A stretch of 64,000 bases of DNA, taken from the IMG/VR virus record IMGVR_UViG_2518645549_000001, positions 32,001 to 96,000 of that record; one strand, written 5' to 3'. Below the pieces are notes generated by a model, which saw only the letters and a program-made list of their open reading frames with translations, was not told the origin of the DNA and searched no databases. Positions 45,651 through 55,844 of this stretch are shown one piece after another. Positions within the stretch are counted from its first letter, which is position 1; each line of letters begins with the position of its first letter. A program made the translations under genes and the position numbers. The stretch comes from a virus (lineage: Duplodnaviria > Caudoviricetes).

Positions 45651-45890
45651 ATGAAGACCGAATACCAGGTTCGTCCCGTTTCCCGCTACATCGTGAGCCG
45701 CTACGCCACCGACGCTGACAGCGCCTCATCCTCGATGATTGGAGAGTTCCCCAGCGGCCAGCAGGCCGACCTGGTTGCTGACGCGATGGTGGCAAAGGAT
45801 CGGGCTGATGGAATCGAGTCCGGCCGCACCCGTCACGGGCTGAGCCTGGGCGAGGTTATCTCTGGGCAGCGACTGGAGCAGGCAGAATGA
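45651..45890 (+). CDS. Hypothetical protein
   Basis: GGAG RBS, coupled to next gene. Confidence 0.6.
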   Translation: MKTEYQVRPVSRYIVSRYATDADSASSSMIGEFPSGQQADLVADAMVAKDRADGIESGRTRHGLSLGEVISGQRLEQAE

Positions 45891-46315
45891 CGACCATCGC
45901 CTACAAGGACGGTGTGATCGCCTACGATTCCCGCGTTACCCGAGGTGACCTCATCACCGACGATGACTGCGACAAGTGCATTGAGCGCGATGGGGTGAAG
46001 TTCTTCATGTCGGGCGCCCTCTGTGACTATGACGCATTGGTCGGGGCCTACTTCGGCACCGCGCCATCGGGGAAGGTCGACGCCTCGGCAATCGTCGTTG
46101 ATGGCGGCAAGCTGATGATGGTGGCGGTGGATGACGATACCGGTCTGTGGAAGTCACCAATCAAGCCTGATCGTCCTTACGCCATCGGCAGCGGCACGCC
46201 ATACGCATTCGCTGCGATGGATATGGGGGCGAGCGCTGAGCAGGCCGTTGAGATGGCAGCCAGGCGCGATACCAGCACCGGTGGGAAGATTCGGGCGCTT
46301 CGGATAAGCGGGTAG
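45887..46315 (+). CDS. HslV/proteasome-beta-like Ntn hydrolase
   Basis: MTTIA...A.DS N-terminus, AIGSG..YA, D..TGG. Confidence 0.75.
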   Translation: MTTIAYKDGVIAYDSRVTRGDLITDDDCDKCIERDGVKFFMSGALCDYDALVGAYFGTAPSGKVDASAIVVDGGKLMMVAVDDDTGLWKSPIKPDRPYAIGSGTPYAFAAMDMGASAEQAVEMAARRDTSTGGKIRALRISG

Positions 46316-46358
46316 CTGTGCCGCAGGGTAAGTGCGGCACGCTGCAGCGCGTAGCCTT

Positions 46359-46562
46359 CTATAGGTCATCCATTTTGTGTAGCGTTCGTTTGTGCTTTCT
46401 ATCTAACTCAATGAACTCATCGGTCGCTTCGCTCCAAAGTTCAATGTACCTCTCTGACTCCTGGCGACTGAGCCCGACGAAAACCTCTTGTCCGGCGGAG
46501 TCCGAGCAGAGTGCGCTCTGGAGCCCAAGTAGTTTTCGAGTCGAGCGTTCGAGGTTCAGCAT
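46359..46562 (-). CDS. Hypothetical protein (moron)
   Basis: Coupled to upstream antisense ORF. Confidence 0.5.
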   Translation of the reverse strand: MLNLERSTRKLLGLQSALCSDSAGQEVFVGLSRQESERYIELWSEATDEFIELDRKHKRTLHKMDDL

Positions 46563-46769
46563 TTAGTCGTCCTCGTTGAGTAGGTCGCAAGCGGCCTTAG
46601 CTTCCGCTTCATCGAAGTAAGGACCCCCTACTACGTAATCTCCATCTGCCAGCGAGTCCTCTACGCGGAAGCAAAACTGTTCAACTGGAATGTTTGGTGG
46701 GCGCTGCCCCGGCTGAAGGGCGACCAGCTCCACGTGAGGAACGTGTACGACTCGATATCTCTTCTGCAT
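46563..46769 (-). CDS. Hypothetical protein (moron)
   Basis: GGAG RBS; MQKRYRVVH...AACDLLN. Confidence 0.55.
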   Translation of the reverse strand: MQKRYRVVHVPHVELVALQPGQRPPNIPVEQFCFRVEDSLADGDYVVGGPYFDEAEAKAACDLLNEDD

Positions 46770-46847
46770 CTTGCTCTCCGTGCGGTTAAATGAATTGACA
46801 CCCACCAATACCGGCAACCAGCCACCATTACAAGCAGTAGGTTTTCC

Positions 46848-47444
46848 ATGACAAAGCAACCCGACTGGGAGGCGATCGAACGAGCCTTCCGGGCCGGGGC
46901 GCTTTCCATCCGTACCATCGCTGACCGCAACGGGGTGAGCGACACAGCTATCCGGAAGAAGGCCAAGGCCTTGGGCTGGGAGCGGGACCTTTCCGAGCAG
47001 GTCCGCAAAGAGGTTCGCAACAAGCTGGTTCGCGGCGAGGTTCGCGAAGACCAATGCGCGAACCCTGAGCGTGACGCCGAGATCATCGAGGAGGCGGCAG
47101 AAGAGGGTGCGACGGTTGTTCGCAGCCACCGCCGCGACATTCGTAAAGCCGCGAACCTTGCGAATCTGCTGATGGATGATCTGCTGACCACCATCAAGCG
47201 CCGCGAGGACATCGAGGATGAGATCGAGCGCGAGACTGCCGACGATGAGAGCGGTTTCCGTCGTAGCTCAATGCTCGCCGCGGTCGCCTTGCCAAGTAAC
47301 GCCAAAACCCTTTTCCAGCTGTCCTCGGCCATGAAGAATCTGCAGGTGCTTGAGCGCACTGCATTCGGCCTGGACGACAAGGAGCAGTCGAAAGACGCCG
47401 ACGAGCTGTCGCAGCTGATGGATGAACTATCGAAGGATGCCTGA
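46848..47444 (+). CDS. terS: Terminase small subunit
   Basis: PDWEAIE..FRAG.LSIR.IA...AIRKKAK..GWER HTH. Confidence 0.85.
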   Translation: MTKQPDWEAIERAFRAGALSIRTIADRNGVSDTAIRKKAKALGWERDLSEQVRKEVRNKLVRGEVREDQCANPERDAEIIEEAAEEGATVVRSHRRDIRKAANLANLLMDDLLTTIKRREDIEDEIERETADDESGFRRSSMLAAVALPSNAKTLFQLSSAMKNLQVLERTAFGLDDKEQSKDADELSQLMDELSKDA

Positions 47445-47446
47445 CC

Positions 47447-48937
47447 ATGAAGCCCGAGCACATGAAACTGCTACGGGACCGGTTCTGGCGGCTGAACAAC
47501 CTGTACTTCATTACGGACAAGCAGGGCAAAAAGGTCCGCTTCCGCATGACGCAGGAGCAGGTCGATTACTTCCAGGGGATGCACACCCGCAACATCATCC
47601 TCAAGGCTCGGCAGTTGGGCTTCACCACGCTGGTCTGCATCGTTCAGCTGGATGCCGCGCTATTTGAGGCCGCCAAGTGCGCCTTGATCGCCCACACACT
47701 GAACGACGCCAAGCGGCTGTTCCGAGAGAAGGTCAAGTATGCGTACGACAACCTTCCCAAGGAAATACGCGCTGCTAACCCTGCTCGCAACGATGCTGCT
47801 GGTGAGCTTGTGTTCAGCAAAGGCGGATCGCTTTACGTGTCCACATCCTTTCGGGGCGGGACTCTACGGTATCTGCACGTATCCGAGTTCGGGAAGATCT
47901 GCGCCAAGTTTCCCCACAAAGCCCGAGAGATCGTCACCGGCGCCTTCGAGGCTGTCGCCGCAGAGTGTTTCGTTACGATCGAGTCGACGGCGGAGGGGCG
48001 GGCGGGCTACTTCTTCGATTACTCGCAGAGCGCAGAGAAGCAGCAGCTGGCCGGTGTGCCTCTGGGCCTGCTGGACTGGAAGTTCTTCTTCTTCAGCTGG
48101 TGGCGCAATCCGCTGTACTGGCTGGACCCTACCGACGTCACGATCCCGGATCGCCTGGCCAAGTACTTCGACGACCTGAGCGCAAAGCACGGAATCGTCA
48201 CCAATCCAGGCCAGCGCGCCTGGTACAGCGCCAAGGAAAAGACCCTCGGCGACGACATGAAGCGGGAATACCCGTCGATCCCTGCCGAGGCATTCCAGCA
48301 GACGATCGAGGGCGCCTACTACGCCAAGCAGTTCACCAAGCTCTACGCCGCCCAGCGCATCGGCAAGTTGCCAGACAACAGCCACCTGCCGGTGCACACC
48401 TTCTGGGATATCGGCGTGGGCGACTCCACGGCCGTCTGGTTCATCCGGATCGTCGGTGAGGAGTACCACGTTGTCGATTTCTACCAGAACAGCGGCGAGG
48501 GTCTGCGGCACTACATGAAGGTGCTCAAGGATCGTGGCTATACCTACGGCGAGCACTGGGGGCCCCACGACATCGACAACCGCGAATTTGGTAGCGACGG
48601 CAAGACTCGGCGCGAGCTCGCGCGCGAGGGCTACGAGATCGACGGAGAGAAGTACCGCATGACCTTCCAGGTGGTTCCGAAGCTCGGCGTGGACGAGGGC
48701 ATCGAGCAGGCACGGGAAATCCTGCCCAACTGCGCCTTCGACGAGGCCAAGTGCAGCGAGGGCATCGCCGCCCTGGAGAGCTACCGCAAGGAGTGGGACG
48801 ACAAGCGCGGGTGCTGGAAGGACAAACCGCTTCACGACTGGTCATCCCACCCGGCTGACGGGTTCCGCTATTTCGCCGTTGCCATGGCGCGACGTAAACG
48901 CACAGGCGGTGTCCGCCGCATCGGAGGTTTGGCGTAA
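47447..48937 (+). CDS. terL: Terminase large subunit
   Basis: LKARQLGFTT Walker A, LHVSE, IESTAEG, WDIG..D, HDWSSH.AD. Confidence 0.93.
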   Translation: MKPEHMKLLRDRFWRLNNLYFITDKQGKKVRFRMTQEQVDYFQGMHTRNIILKARQLGFTTLVCIVQLDAALFEAAKCALIAHTLNDAKRLFREKVKYAYDNLPKEIRAANPARNDAAGELVFSKGGSLYVSTSFRGGTLRYLHVSEFGKICAKFPHKAREIVTGAFEAVAAECFVTIESTAEGRAGYFFDYSQSAEKQQLAGVPLGLLDWKFFFFSWWRNPLYWLDPTDVTIPDRLAKYFDDLSAKHGIVTNPGQRAWYSAKEKTLGDDMKREYPSIPAEAFQQTIEGAYYAKQFTKLYAAQRIGKLPDNSHLPVHTFWDIGVGDSTAVWFIRIVGEEYHVVDFYQNSGEGLRHYMKVLKDRGYTYGEHWGPHDIDNREFGSDGKTRRELAREGYEIDGEKYRMTFQVVPKLGVDEGIEQAREILPNCAFDEAKCSEGIAALESYRKEWDDKRGCWKDKPLHDWSSHPADGFRYFAVAMARRKRTGGVRRIGGLA

Positions 48938-50388
48938 TGCCTGTTCAATCCACCAACCCAGACTACGACGCTCACATCGAAGAGTGGCGGATGATGGACG
49001 ATGCCCTGGAGGGCGAGGGCGCCATCAAGCGCAGCCCGCGTAACCTGCCCAAGCCCAGTGGCATGAACGAGGCCGAGAAGCTGGACGGCGCCGGCAATGC
49101 CTATCTCTACCAAAACTACACCGCCCGGGCTCAGTACGAACACTGGGTGCGGGATTCTCTGCGGTCGATGATGGGCCTGGTCTCGCGGCTGATACCCGAG
49201 GTGAAGCTGCCAGCGGGGCTGAAGGGGCTGGAGGACAACGCCACGGCTGACGGCTTCGGCCTAACCCAGCTGTTCCTGCGGATAGTGCGCCAGGCAATTT
49301 CCCATGGCCGGGTGCCGTTAGTGGTCAACATCGATGACAAGGGCCAACCGTACTTCGCCACCTACGCGGTGCGCAACGCCATCAACTGGGACACTGCCGA
49401 CCAAGGCGGCCGCCAGGACCTAGTGTTGTCCGTGTTCCGCGAATTCAGGCGCAAGGAGCAGGACCGCTACAGCCATGAGTGCGAGACGGTCTACCGCGAG
49501 TTCTACATGGACGGTGCGGTCTGTCGTACTGGCGTGCGCAACGAGGCCGGCGAGCTGATCGAGGACGACCGCCCGCTGGGCACTGTCGATGGCAGTAACA
49601 ACCTGGTGCGCGGCCTGGACTATATCCCAGTCATCTATTGCGGCTCCACCGACAACTCGCCGGACGTCGACGAGATCCCGCTACTGACCATGGCCCGAGC
49701 CGCGCTCAAGTCCTATCAGCTCAGCGCCGACTACTTCACCGCGCTGCACCAGACCAGCCACCCGCAGCCATGGGTGTCCGGCCTGGACGAGAGCGTTGAG
49801 CTCAGCGTGACCGGTCCGTCGGCGGCTTGGGATCTGGGGCCAAGCGGCTCGTGCGGCTATCTGGAGTTCCAGGGCGCCGGCATCCAGGCCGTGCGTACGG
49901 CGATGGAGGACCAGAAAAACGCCGCGCTCGAAGCCGGTGCGAAGGTCATGGACGTGTCGGGCACTGAGTCGGGCGAGGCCCGCAAGACTCGCCAGAACGA
50001 CCAACACGCCACGTTGCACAGCATCGTCATCACTGCGGCGGATGCCATCGAGCAAGCCCTCCGGTATGCAGCGGAGTGGACTGGGTACAACCCTGATGAC
50101 GTGGTCTTCACCGTCAAGCCTGAGTTCGTGATCCCAGAGATCGACGCCCAAGTGCTGGCTGAGCTGCAGAAGAGTGTCATGGCCGGCACCATCAGCGCCG
50201 AAACCTACTGGCAGTACCTCACCACTGGAAAGCTGCCTGAGCACCCCTACGCCGAAGAGGCCGAACTAATCGGCGACGACCACGGCGCGGGCGGCGTCAA
50301 CTTGGACAAAGACGATGGCGAAGAAACCGGAGCAGGCAGCGGACGAGAAGCTGCTGGAGCAGGTAAGCCGCCACTCGGTACTGCTTGA
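48937..50388 (+). CDS. Portal protein (DUF4055-like)
   Basis: Follows TerL; Y..RA, PLL..A....YQ.SADY. Confidence 0.85.
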   Translation: MPVQSTNPDYDAHIEEWRMMDDALEGEGAIKRSPRNLPKPSGMNEAEKLDGAGNAYLYQNYTARAQYEHWVRDSLRSMMGLVSRLIPEVKLPAGLKGLEDNATADGFGLTQLFLRIVRQAISHGRVPLVVNIDDKGQPYFATYAVRNAINWDTADQGGRQDLVLSVFREFRRKEQDRYSHECETVYREFYMDGAVCRTGVRNEAGELIEDDRPLGTVDGSNNLVRGLDYIPVIYCGSTDNSPDVDEIPLLTMARAALKSYQLSADYFTALHQTSHPQPWVSGLDESVELSVTGPSAAWDLGPSGSCGYLEFQGAGIQAVRTAMEDQKNAALEAGAKVMDVSGTESGEARKTRQNDQHATLHSIVITAADAIEQALRYAAEWTGYNPDDVVFTVKPEFVIPEIDAQVLAELQKSVMAGTISAETYWQYLTTGKLPEHPYAEEAELIGDDHGAGGVNLDKDDGEETGAGSGREAAGAGKPPLGTA

Positions 50389-51409
50389 GCGTCTCAAGGC
50401 GGGCGAGGTCAAGAAGTTCGAAACCTACCTTCGTAGAGCTGACAGCCATGTCCGCGACCAGCTAACCCGCAACGAGCTGAGCTCCTATGCCCGGAGCCGG
50501 CTGGAGGAGTTTCTGGGCCGGGTGAGCGGCAAGCTGTTGGGGATCTACAAGGCCTTCAGCGACCGGATGCAGTCCGATCTGGTGGACATTGCCCAGTACG
50601 AGGCGGCATTCGAAGGCCGCAGCCTGGCCAAGGCGCTGTTGATCGATGCGGTCATGCCTGCAGACTCGCTGCTCAGGGCGGCGATCAACACACAGCCCCT
50701 GCAAGTTGCCGGGGTTGACGGCGGCAAGCTGCTGAAGCCCTTCCTGAACGGCTGGACGCGCGCCGAGGCGGACAGGATCACCAACGCCATCCGGATGGGT
50801 GTCATCCAGGGCCAGACCAACGCCGAAATCACCCAAGCTATACGAGGCACAGCCGCGCAGAACTTCACAGACGGCGTGCTGGCGGTCACAAACCGAAGCG
50901 CCCGGGCTGTGGTGCAGACCGCAGTTCAGCATGTAGCCACCACGGCGCGCATGGAGACACTCAAGGCCAACGCCGAGGTGGTGCCTGGCTATCGGATCGT
51001 CGCCACCCTTGATCGGAAGACCAGCGTGCAGTGCCGCAGCCTGGATGGGCGCGAATACGAGATGGGCAAGGGGCCTGTGCCTCCGTTCCACATTCACTGC
51101 CGTACCACCATCACGCCGATCACCCGGTTGTCGGCGTTATTCGGGCAAGGCGCGACGAGGGCAGCAGTGGGCGCTGACGGCGGCGGGCAGGTGTCGGCAA
51201 GCCTCAGCTACTACCAGTGGCTCAAAACGCAGCCAGCGGCGTTTCAGGACGCCGCGCTGGGCCCTGTGCGCGGCAAGCTGTTCCGCAATGGCGGCCTGAC
51301 AGCTGAACGCTTCGCCGCGCTCCAGTTGGACAAGAACTTCAAGCCGCTGACGCTCGACCAGCTCAAGGAGTTCGAGCCATTGGCCTTTGCGAGGGCGGGC
51401 ATCGACTAG
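50315..51409 (+). CDS. Minor head protein (Mu gpF/SPP1 gp7-like)
   Basis: ATLDRKTS..C..LDG, PPFHIHCR. Confidence 0.88.
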   Translation: MAKKPEQAADEKLLEQVSRHSVLLERLKAGEVKKFETYLRRADSHVRDQLTRNELSSYARSRLEEFLGRVSGKLLGIYKAFSDRMQSDLVDIAQYEAAFEGRSLAKALLIDAVMPADSLLRAAINTQPLQVAGVDGGKLLKPFLNGWTRAEADRITNAIRMGVIQGQTNAEITQAIRGTAAQNFTDGVLAVTNRSARAVVQTAVQHVATTARMETLKANAEVVPGYRIVATLDRKTSVQCRSLDGREYEMGKGPVPPFHIHCRTTITPITRLSALFGQGATRAAVGADGGGQVSASLSYYQWLKTQPAAFQDAALGPVRGKLFRNGGLTAERFAALQLDKNFKPLTLDQLKEFEPLAFARAGID

Positions 51410-51996
51410 TTCGTCAACAGGCCGTCACGACGTGAACTGATATAGGTAAACGGATTTCCCGCCGGATCCTTTCCTTGGAGAACCATCTTCCCTTCTTCTT
51501 GAGAGATGATCTTCACCTCTCCTGTGGTTCCCGACAGGTACTGTTGATTCAGGTCGGGAAGGTAACGACCGGTGATCTGCTCTAGCGTAGGAATTGGTAA
51601 CTCCATATCACCGAACTTGTATCGACCTGGCTCCGTTTTCATTCCGCTCAAAGTGAAGGTGAGGAAATCATCGTCAGCAGTCCATGTGCCAACGCCCCGA
51701 GCGGGCATCACTGCGGCGAACTCTTTCCCGCCGGTTTCACCTGAAAACTTGAATGTGCCATTTACGTTGTAATGGCCGTTTCGGAAGAATTCCGTGATGC
51801 CGCTGAATGTGAACTTGCCGCCAGGTACGGGATATTCGTACGTGCTGTCCCAGCGTCCGAAGAATGCTGGGTTGTGCTCGGGGCCAGACTCATGCACCGC
51901 GCTGTAAATCGTGGCGATGGTCGCTACTACTCCGAGAGCGGCTAGAGCTTTGGCATAACTCGTGCGAGCTAGATTCTTCAGCGTTTCGATCTTCAT
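51406..51996 (-). CDS. Membrane-anchored beta-rich protein (moron)
   Basis: N-terminal TM, FFGRW..GVGTW lipocalin-like pattern, antisense within head operon. Confidence 0.6.
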   Translation of the reverse strand: MKIETLKNLARTSYAKALAALGVVATIATIYSAVHESGPEHNPAFFGRWDSTYEYPVPGGKFTFSGITEFFRNGHYNVNGTFKFSGETGGKEFAAVMPARGVGTWTADDDFLTFTLSGMKTEPGRYKFGDMELPIPTLEQITGRYLPDLNQQYLSGTTGEVKIISQEEGKMVLQGKDPAGNPFTYISSRRDGLLTN

Positions 51997-52148
51997 GTGT
52001 TGATCCTAAATGAAGTGATGGGAGGCATTCTGCCATCACTATTTGCCCGATATCTGAACTCACATCACAGATCTAAAACTTGGCCTCGCACTCGCGGGGC
52101 TTTTTCATGCCCGCCAGGTGGGCCAATCAATCCCCAGGGGATAGCCAC

Positions 52149-52922
52149 ATGCCTTTTGACTTCGACCCGGCCGCCCACGGTCTCACCCTCGACGAAACCC
52201 AAACCGCCGCGCTGAAGGCAGCGCTGGGCGGAGAGGTTCAGAAATTCCTGGACGGTGAGGTCTCGGGCCTCAAGTCCAAAAACACCGAGTTGATCGGCTC
52301 CAACAAGACTATCAAGGCCGAGCTGGACAAACTGAAAGGTCAGTTCGACGGCCTGGACATCGAGGCGGTCAAGGACCTGCTGGCAAAGGCCGGGCAGGAC
52401 GAAGAGACCAAGCTGATCGCCGAGGGCAAGCTGGACGAAGTCATCAGCCGCCGCACTGAGCGCCTGCGCACTGACCTGGATAAGCAGGTCAAGGCTGCCA
52501 ACGAGCGTGCGGACAAGGCCGAAGCCTTTGCTGCCAAGTACAGCGACAAGGTGCTGGCTGACTCCATCCGCGCAGCCGCCATCAAGGCCGGCGCGCTGCC
52601 CGAGGCTGCCGAGGACATCATCCTCCGCGCCCGCGGCACCTTCAAACTGAGCGAAGACGGCGAGCCCATTGCCACTGACCGTGCCGGCGAAGTCGTGTAC
52701 GGGAAGGACGGCAAGACCCCGCTGTCTCCCCTCGAATGGGCGGAATCGCTGCGCGAAACCGCAACCCACCTGTGGCCAAGGGCTCAGGGCGCCGGGCAGA
52801 CCGGCGACAACGGTGGCAAGGCCACGAAGAAATGGGGCGAGTACACCGAGACCGAGCGCGCTGCGATGGCTCGTGACAACCCCGACGCATTCAAAAAACT
52901 CCAAGCCACCCGAGGAACCTAA
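52149..52922 (+). CDS. Head scaffolding protein
   Basis: GLKSKN.EL, coiled coil, upstream of capsid. Confidence 0.8.
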   Translation: MPFDFDPAAHGLTLDETQTAALKAALGGEVQKFLDGEVSGLKSKNTELIGSNKTIKAELDKLKGQFDGLDIEAVKDLLAKAGQDEETKLIAEGKLDEVISRRTERLRTDLDKQVKAANERADKAEAFAAKYSDKVLADSIRAAAIKAGALPEAAEDIILRARGTFKLSEDGEPIATDRAGEVVYGKDGKTPLSPLEWAESLRETATHLWPRAQGAGQTGDNGGKATKKWGEYTETERAAMARDNPDAFKKLQATRGT

Positions 52923-52925
52923 CCC

Positions 52926-53903
52926 ATGGCATCTACCCAACTGTCGGACATCTTCGTTTCCGACTACTACGGCACTCTGGAAGCGGTGAATTCCCCAGAG
53001 AAAACCGCCGTCTTTGAGTCGGGCATCATCACTCGCTCGGCCACGCTCGACGACATCGCAAAGAACGGCCAGGGCACGTCCGAGATCAGCTACTGGCAGG
53101 ATCTGGACGCCGACGAAGCGCCGAACATTTCCAACGACAATCCGGATGACCAGGGCGAGGTTGGCAAGGCCGAGCAGGGCAGCATGCGCGCCCGGACCTT
53201 GTACCTCAACAAAGGCTACGGTGTCTCCGACCTGGCTGCAGAGCTGGCCAACTCCGAGCCGATGCAGCACATCCGCAACCGTTTCGGTACCTACTGGACT
53301 CGCCAATGGCAGCGTTACCTGATGGGCGCCGGCCGCGGCATCATCGCTGCCAACATCGCCCAGAACGGCGGCGACATGGTCAAAGACGCGGGCGCCTCGA
53401 TCAGCGCCAACGCCTTCCAAGACGCCGCGTTTACCGCCGGTGACGCCGCCGACATGTTCGCCGCTATCGGCGTGCACTCGGTCGTCATGAACCAGATGGT
53501 TAAGCAGGACATGATCGAGTACCTGCGCGATTCGCAGGGCAAGATCATCCTGGCCACCTACCTGGGCAAGCCGGTATTCATGGACGACGCTCTGACCTAC
53601 GCGCCGGGCCAGTATCTGTCGCTGTTCTTGGGCCAGGGCGCATTCGGCTACGGCGAAGGCGATCCGACCAAACCGGTCGAGCTGGAGCGCAAGCCTGGCG
53701 GCGGTAATGGCGGGGGCGCCGAAGTCCTGTGGGAGCGGAAGACCTTCATCCTGCAACCGGCTGGCTTCAGCTGGCAGGGCAGCGAGAACCGCAACCTCAG
53801 CCCGAGCGCCGTCCAGTACGCTTCAGCGGCCAACTGGAAGCGAGTGTTCGACCGCAAGCAGGTTCCGTTCGCCGCGGTCATCAGCGGCACCGCGACCCCT
53901 TGA
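52926..53903 (+). CDS. Major capsid protein
   Basis: TQLSDIF, AVFESG, TYLGK.V..DD, NWKRVFDRKQVP. Confidence 0.88.
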   Translation: MASTQLSDIFVSDYYGTLEAVNSPEKTAVFESGIITRSATLDDIAKNGQGTSEISYWQDLDADEAPNISNDNPDDQGEVGKAEQGSMRARTLYLNKGYGVSDLAAELANSEPMQHIRNRFGTYWTRQWQRYLMGAGRGIIAANIAQNGGDMVKDAGASISANAFQDAAFTAGDAADMFAAIGVHSVVMNQMVKQDMIEYLRDSQGKIILATYLGKPVFMDDALTYAPGQYLSLFLGQGAFGYGEGDPTKPVELERKPGGGNGGGAEVLWERKTFILQPAGFSWQGSENRNLSPSAVQYASAANWKRVFDRKQVPFAAVISGTATP

Positions 53904-53950
53904 CCGCATGATGCGGGGCGCCGTCCTGGGGCCCTGCGCAGGAGACCAGC

Positions 53951-54391
53951 ATGAAAGTCATCTACACCAACACCCCGGGCAGCGAGCGCGGCACTTGCTA
54001 TCGCCGCCTGGACCAGTTCTTCGGCGTGATCGACGGCGCTACCTCGGTGTCCGTGCAGGGCGATGCCCCGCACATCGGCGAGGCCTACCAGCGCCAGGGC
54101 ATCAGCGTGAGCGAGATCGAGGAAGGTCTGCGCCTGGATGGCCCTACCGTGGCTCAGTGGGTGGGAGAGGGTTACAAGGCGTCGGCATACCCACCGAACG
54201 GCTACGCCTCGGTCAGCAGCCAAGCGGAGATCGACAAGGCGATTGAGGAGGAGGGTGGCGGCGATCCCGAGACCGATCCTCACAAGATGAAGGTCCCGGA
54301 GCTGAAGGAATGGCTGACGGCTCAGGGCATTACCTTCGATCCCGCTCTCAACAAGCCAGAACTGCAGGCCCTCATTCCGCCGAAGGAATAA
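53951..54391 (+). CDS. Head-associated protein with C-terminal HeH motif
   Basis: MKVPELKEWL...GI.F....K.EL. Confidence 0.6.
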   Translation: MKVIYTNTPGSERGTCYRRLDQFFGVIDGATSVSVQGDAPHIGEAYQRQGISVSEIEEGLRLDGPTVAQWVGEGYKASAYPPNGYASVSSQAEIDKAIEEEGGGDPETDPHKMKVPELKEWLTAQGITFDPALNKPELQALIPPKE

Positions 54392-54394
54392 GCC

Positions 54395-54772
54395 ATGACC
54401 GATTTCATCACCGTTGCCGACGTAGACGAGAATCTCGGGCAGGACTGGGCTGGCACTGGTGATGCGGTCCTTGCCGTGGCCATGGCCAACGCCTGGCTGA
54501 CGGCCAAGATCAAGCGGGCGGTGCCAGATCCGGTGCCTGACGCCATCGTGAGTGCCGGCGCGCAGGTGGCCAAGCTGGCTGCGGCAGGCCGGCTATACAA
54601 GGACACCCAACGCGAGGTGCAGAGCAAGACCGTGTCGGCCCAGGCTGGCACATCGATCAGCAAGACCTACGTCGCGGGGTCTGTCGATCGCTCGACTGGT
54701 GAGAACTTCGCTCTCGACCTCATCGCCCCCTGGGCCCGCCGCGCCGGCACCGTTGTGCTCAAGAGGATATGA
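54395..54772 (+). CDS. Head-tail adaptor
   Basis: FITVADVD, VPDAI..A motif, synteny. Confidence 0.7.
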   Translation: MTDFITVADVDENLGQDWAGTGDAVLAVAMANAWLTAKIKRAVPDPVPDAIVSAGAQVAKLAAAGRLYKDTQREVQSKTVSAQAGTSISKTYVAGSVDRSTGENFALDLIAPWARRAGTVVLKRI

Positions 54773-54775
54773 CCC

Positions 54776-55168
54776 ATGGGCATGCGTGAAGAACTCCAGG
54801 CGGAGCTGTCGGAAGCGTTCGATGATCCGGACGGCCTAGCAGACACGGTGAAGCCTGTTGCAGGGAGTCGCACAGTCAAGGGCGGATATGACCCAGAGAT
54901 CGGCGGCACCGTCCCGGCCTCAACCTTCCATTACGCCGGGCGCGGTGTGTTCGGTAGCTACCTGGCCAAGGAAATCGACGGCTCGCGCATACAGACTGAG
55001 GACGTGAAGCTGCTGGTGCTCCAGAACGAATTGCTCGAGGGGCAGGCCGGCGCTGTCACCGATGTCCCGGCGGCGCCCAAGATCGGCGACCAGGTAAGCG
55101 GCTACCGCGTACTTAATGTGTCCGAGGACCCAGCCCGGGCGACTTGGACCCTTCAGCTGAGGAAGTGA
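54776..55168 (+). CDS. Head closure protein
   Basis: GYDPE.G, ATWTLQLR. Confidence 0.7.
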   Translation: MGMREELQAELSEAFDDPDGLADTVKPVAGSRTVKGGYDPEIGGTVPASTFHYAGRGVFGSYLAKEIDGSRIQTEDVKLLVLQNELLEGQAGAVTDVPAAPKIGDQVSGYRVLNVSEDPARATWTLQLRK

Positions 55169-55169
55169 C

Positions 55170-55844
55170 ATGGCGCGCGGCTCACACATGGCCCAGCGAT
55201 ACGGCGGGCAGCAGGGCGGTTTCGCTGAGGCCATACGGGCCTTCGCAGAACAGGCGGAGCAAGCCCTGGACGCGACCTTCCGCGAAATCGTGATCGAGAT
55301 CGGCAGCAGCGTCATCCGCATGTCACCGGTAGGCAACCCGGAGCTATGGGCAGCCAACGTGGCTCACCGGGCCAAGGCCAACAGGGCTGCTGACGACTAT
55401 GACTTCAAGGTCGCGGTGCGGAACACGCTGATCAACTTGAATCAGGACAATTTCACCAAGGCCGGCAGGCTGCGCAAGGGTGTGAAGTACGCCAAGCCCC
55501 TCACCAAGACCGAGCGCGAGCAGAACTTCGCTGTGAACGGCCTGGTTGTCGGCCAGGGATACGTTGGCGGGCGGTTCCGGGGTAACTGGCAGTTCTCCAT
55601 CGATTCACCAGCTACCGAAGAACTCGACCGCATCGACCCGTCGGGCAGCGAAGCCATTACCGCGCTCATCACCCAGGTGCACGCGCTGACCATCGGCCAG
55701 ACGGCCTACATCGTGAACAACCTGGCGTACGCCATCCCGCTGGAATACGGCCACTCAATGCAGGCACCGGCCGGTATGGTCCGGGTCACCCTGGCCAACT
55801 TCCAGCGCATCGTCGACGAAGCCATCAGGAACAACAGCGTATGA
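55170..55844 (+). CDS. HK97 gp10-like neck protein
   Basis: SPVG, GRFRGNWQ, NNLAYA..LEYGHS.QAP.GMVR. Confidence 0.8.
   Translation: MARGSHMAQRYGGQQGGFAEAIRAFAEQAEQALDATFREIVIEIGSSVIRMSPVGNPELWAANVAHRAKANRAADDYDFKVAVRNTLINLNQDNFTKAGRLRKGVKYAKPLTKTEREQNFAVNGLVVGQGYVGGRFRGNWQFSIDSPATEELDRIDPSGSEAITALITQVHALTIGQTAYIVNNLAYAIPLEYGHSMQAPAGMVRVTLANFQRIVDEAIRNNSV

Noticed and set aside
52065-53756. 563-aa antisense ORF (and similar ones at 884-1897, 38008-39096, 47864-48835, 56465-57568)
   Set aside because: Shadow frames of high-GC coding genes, with no motifs or RBS
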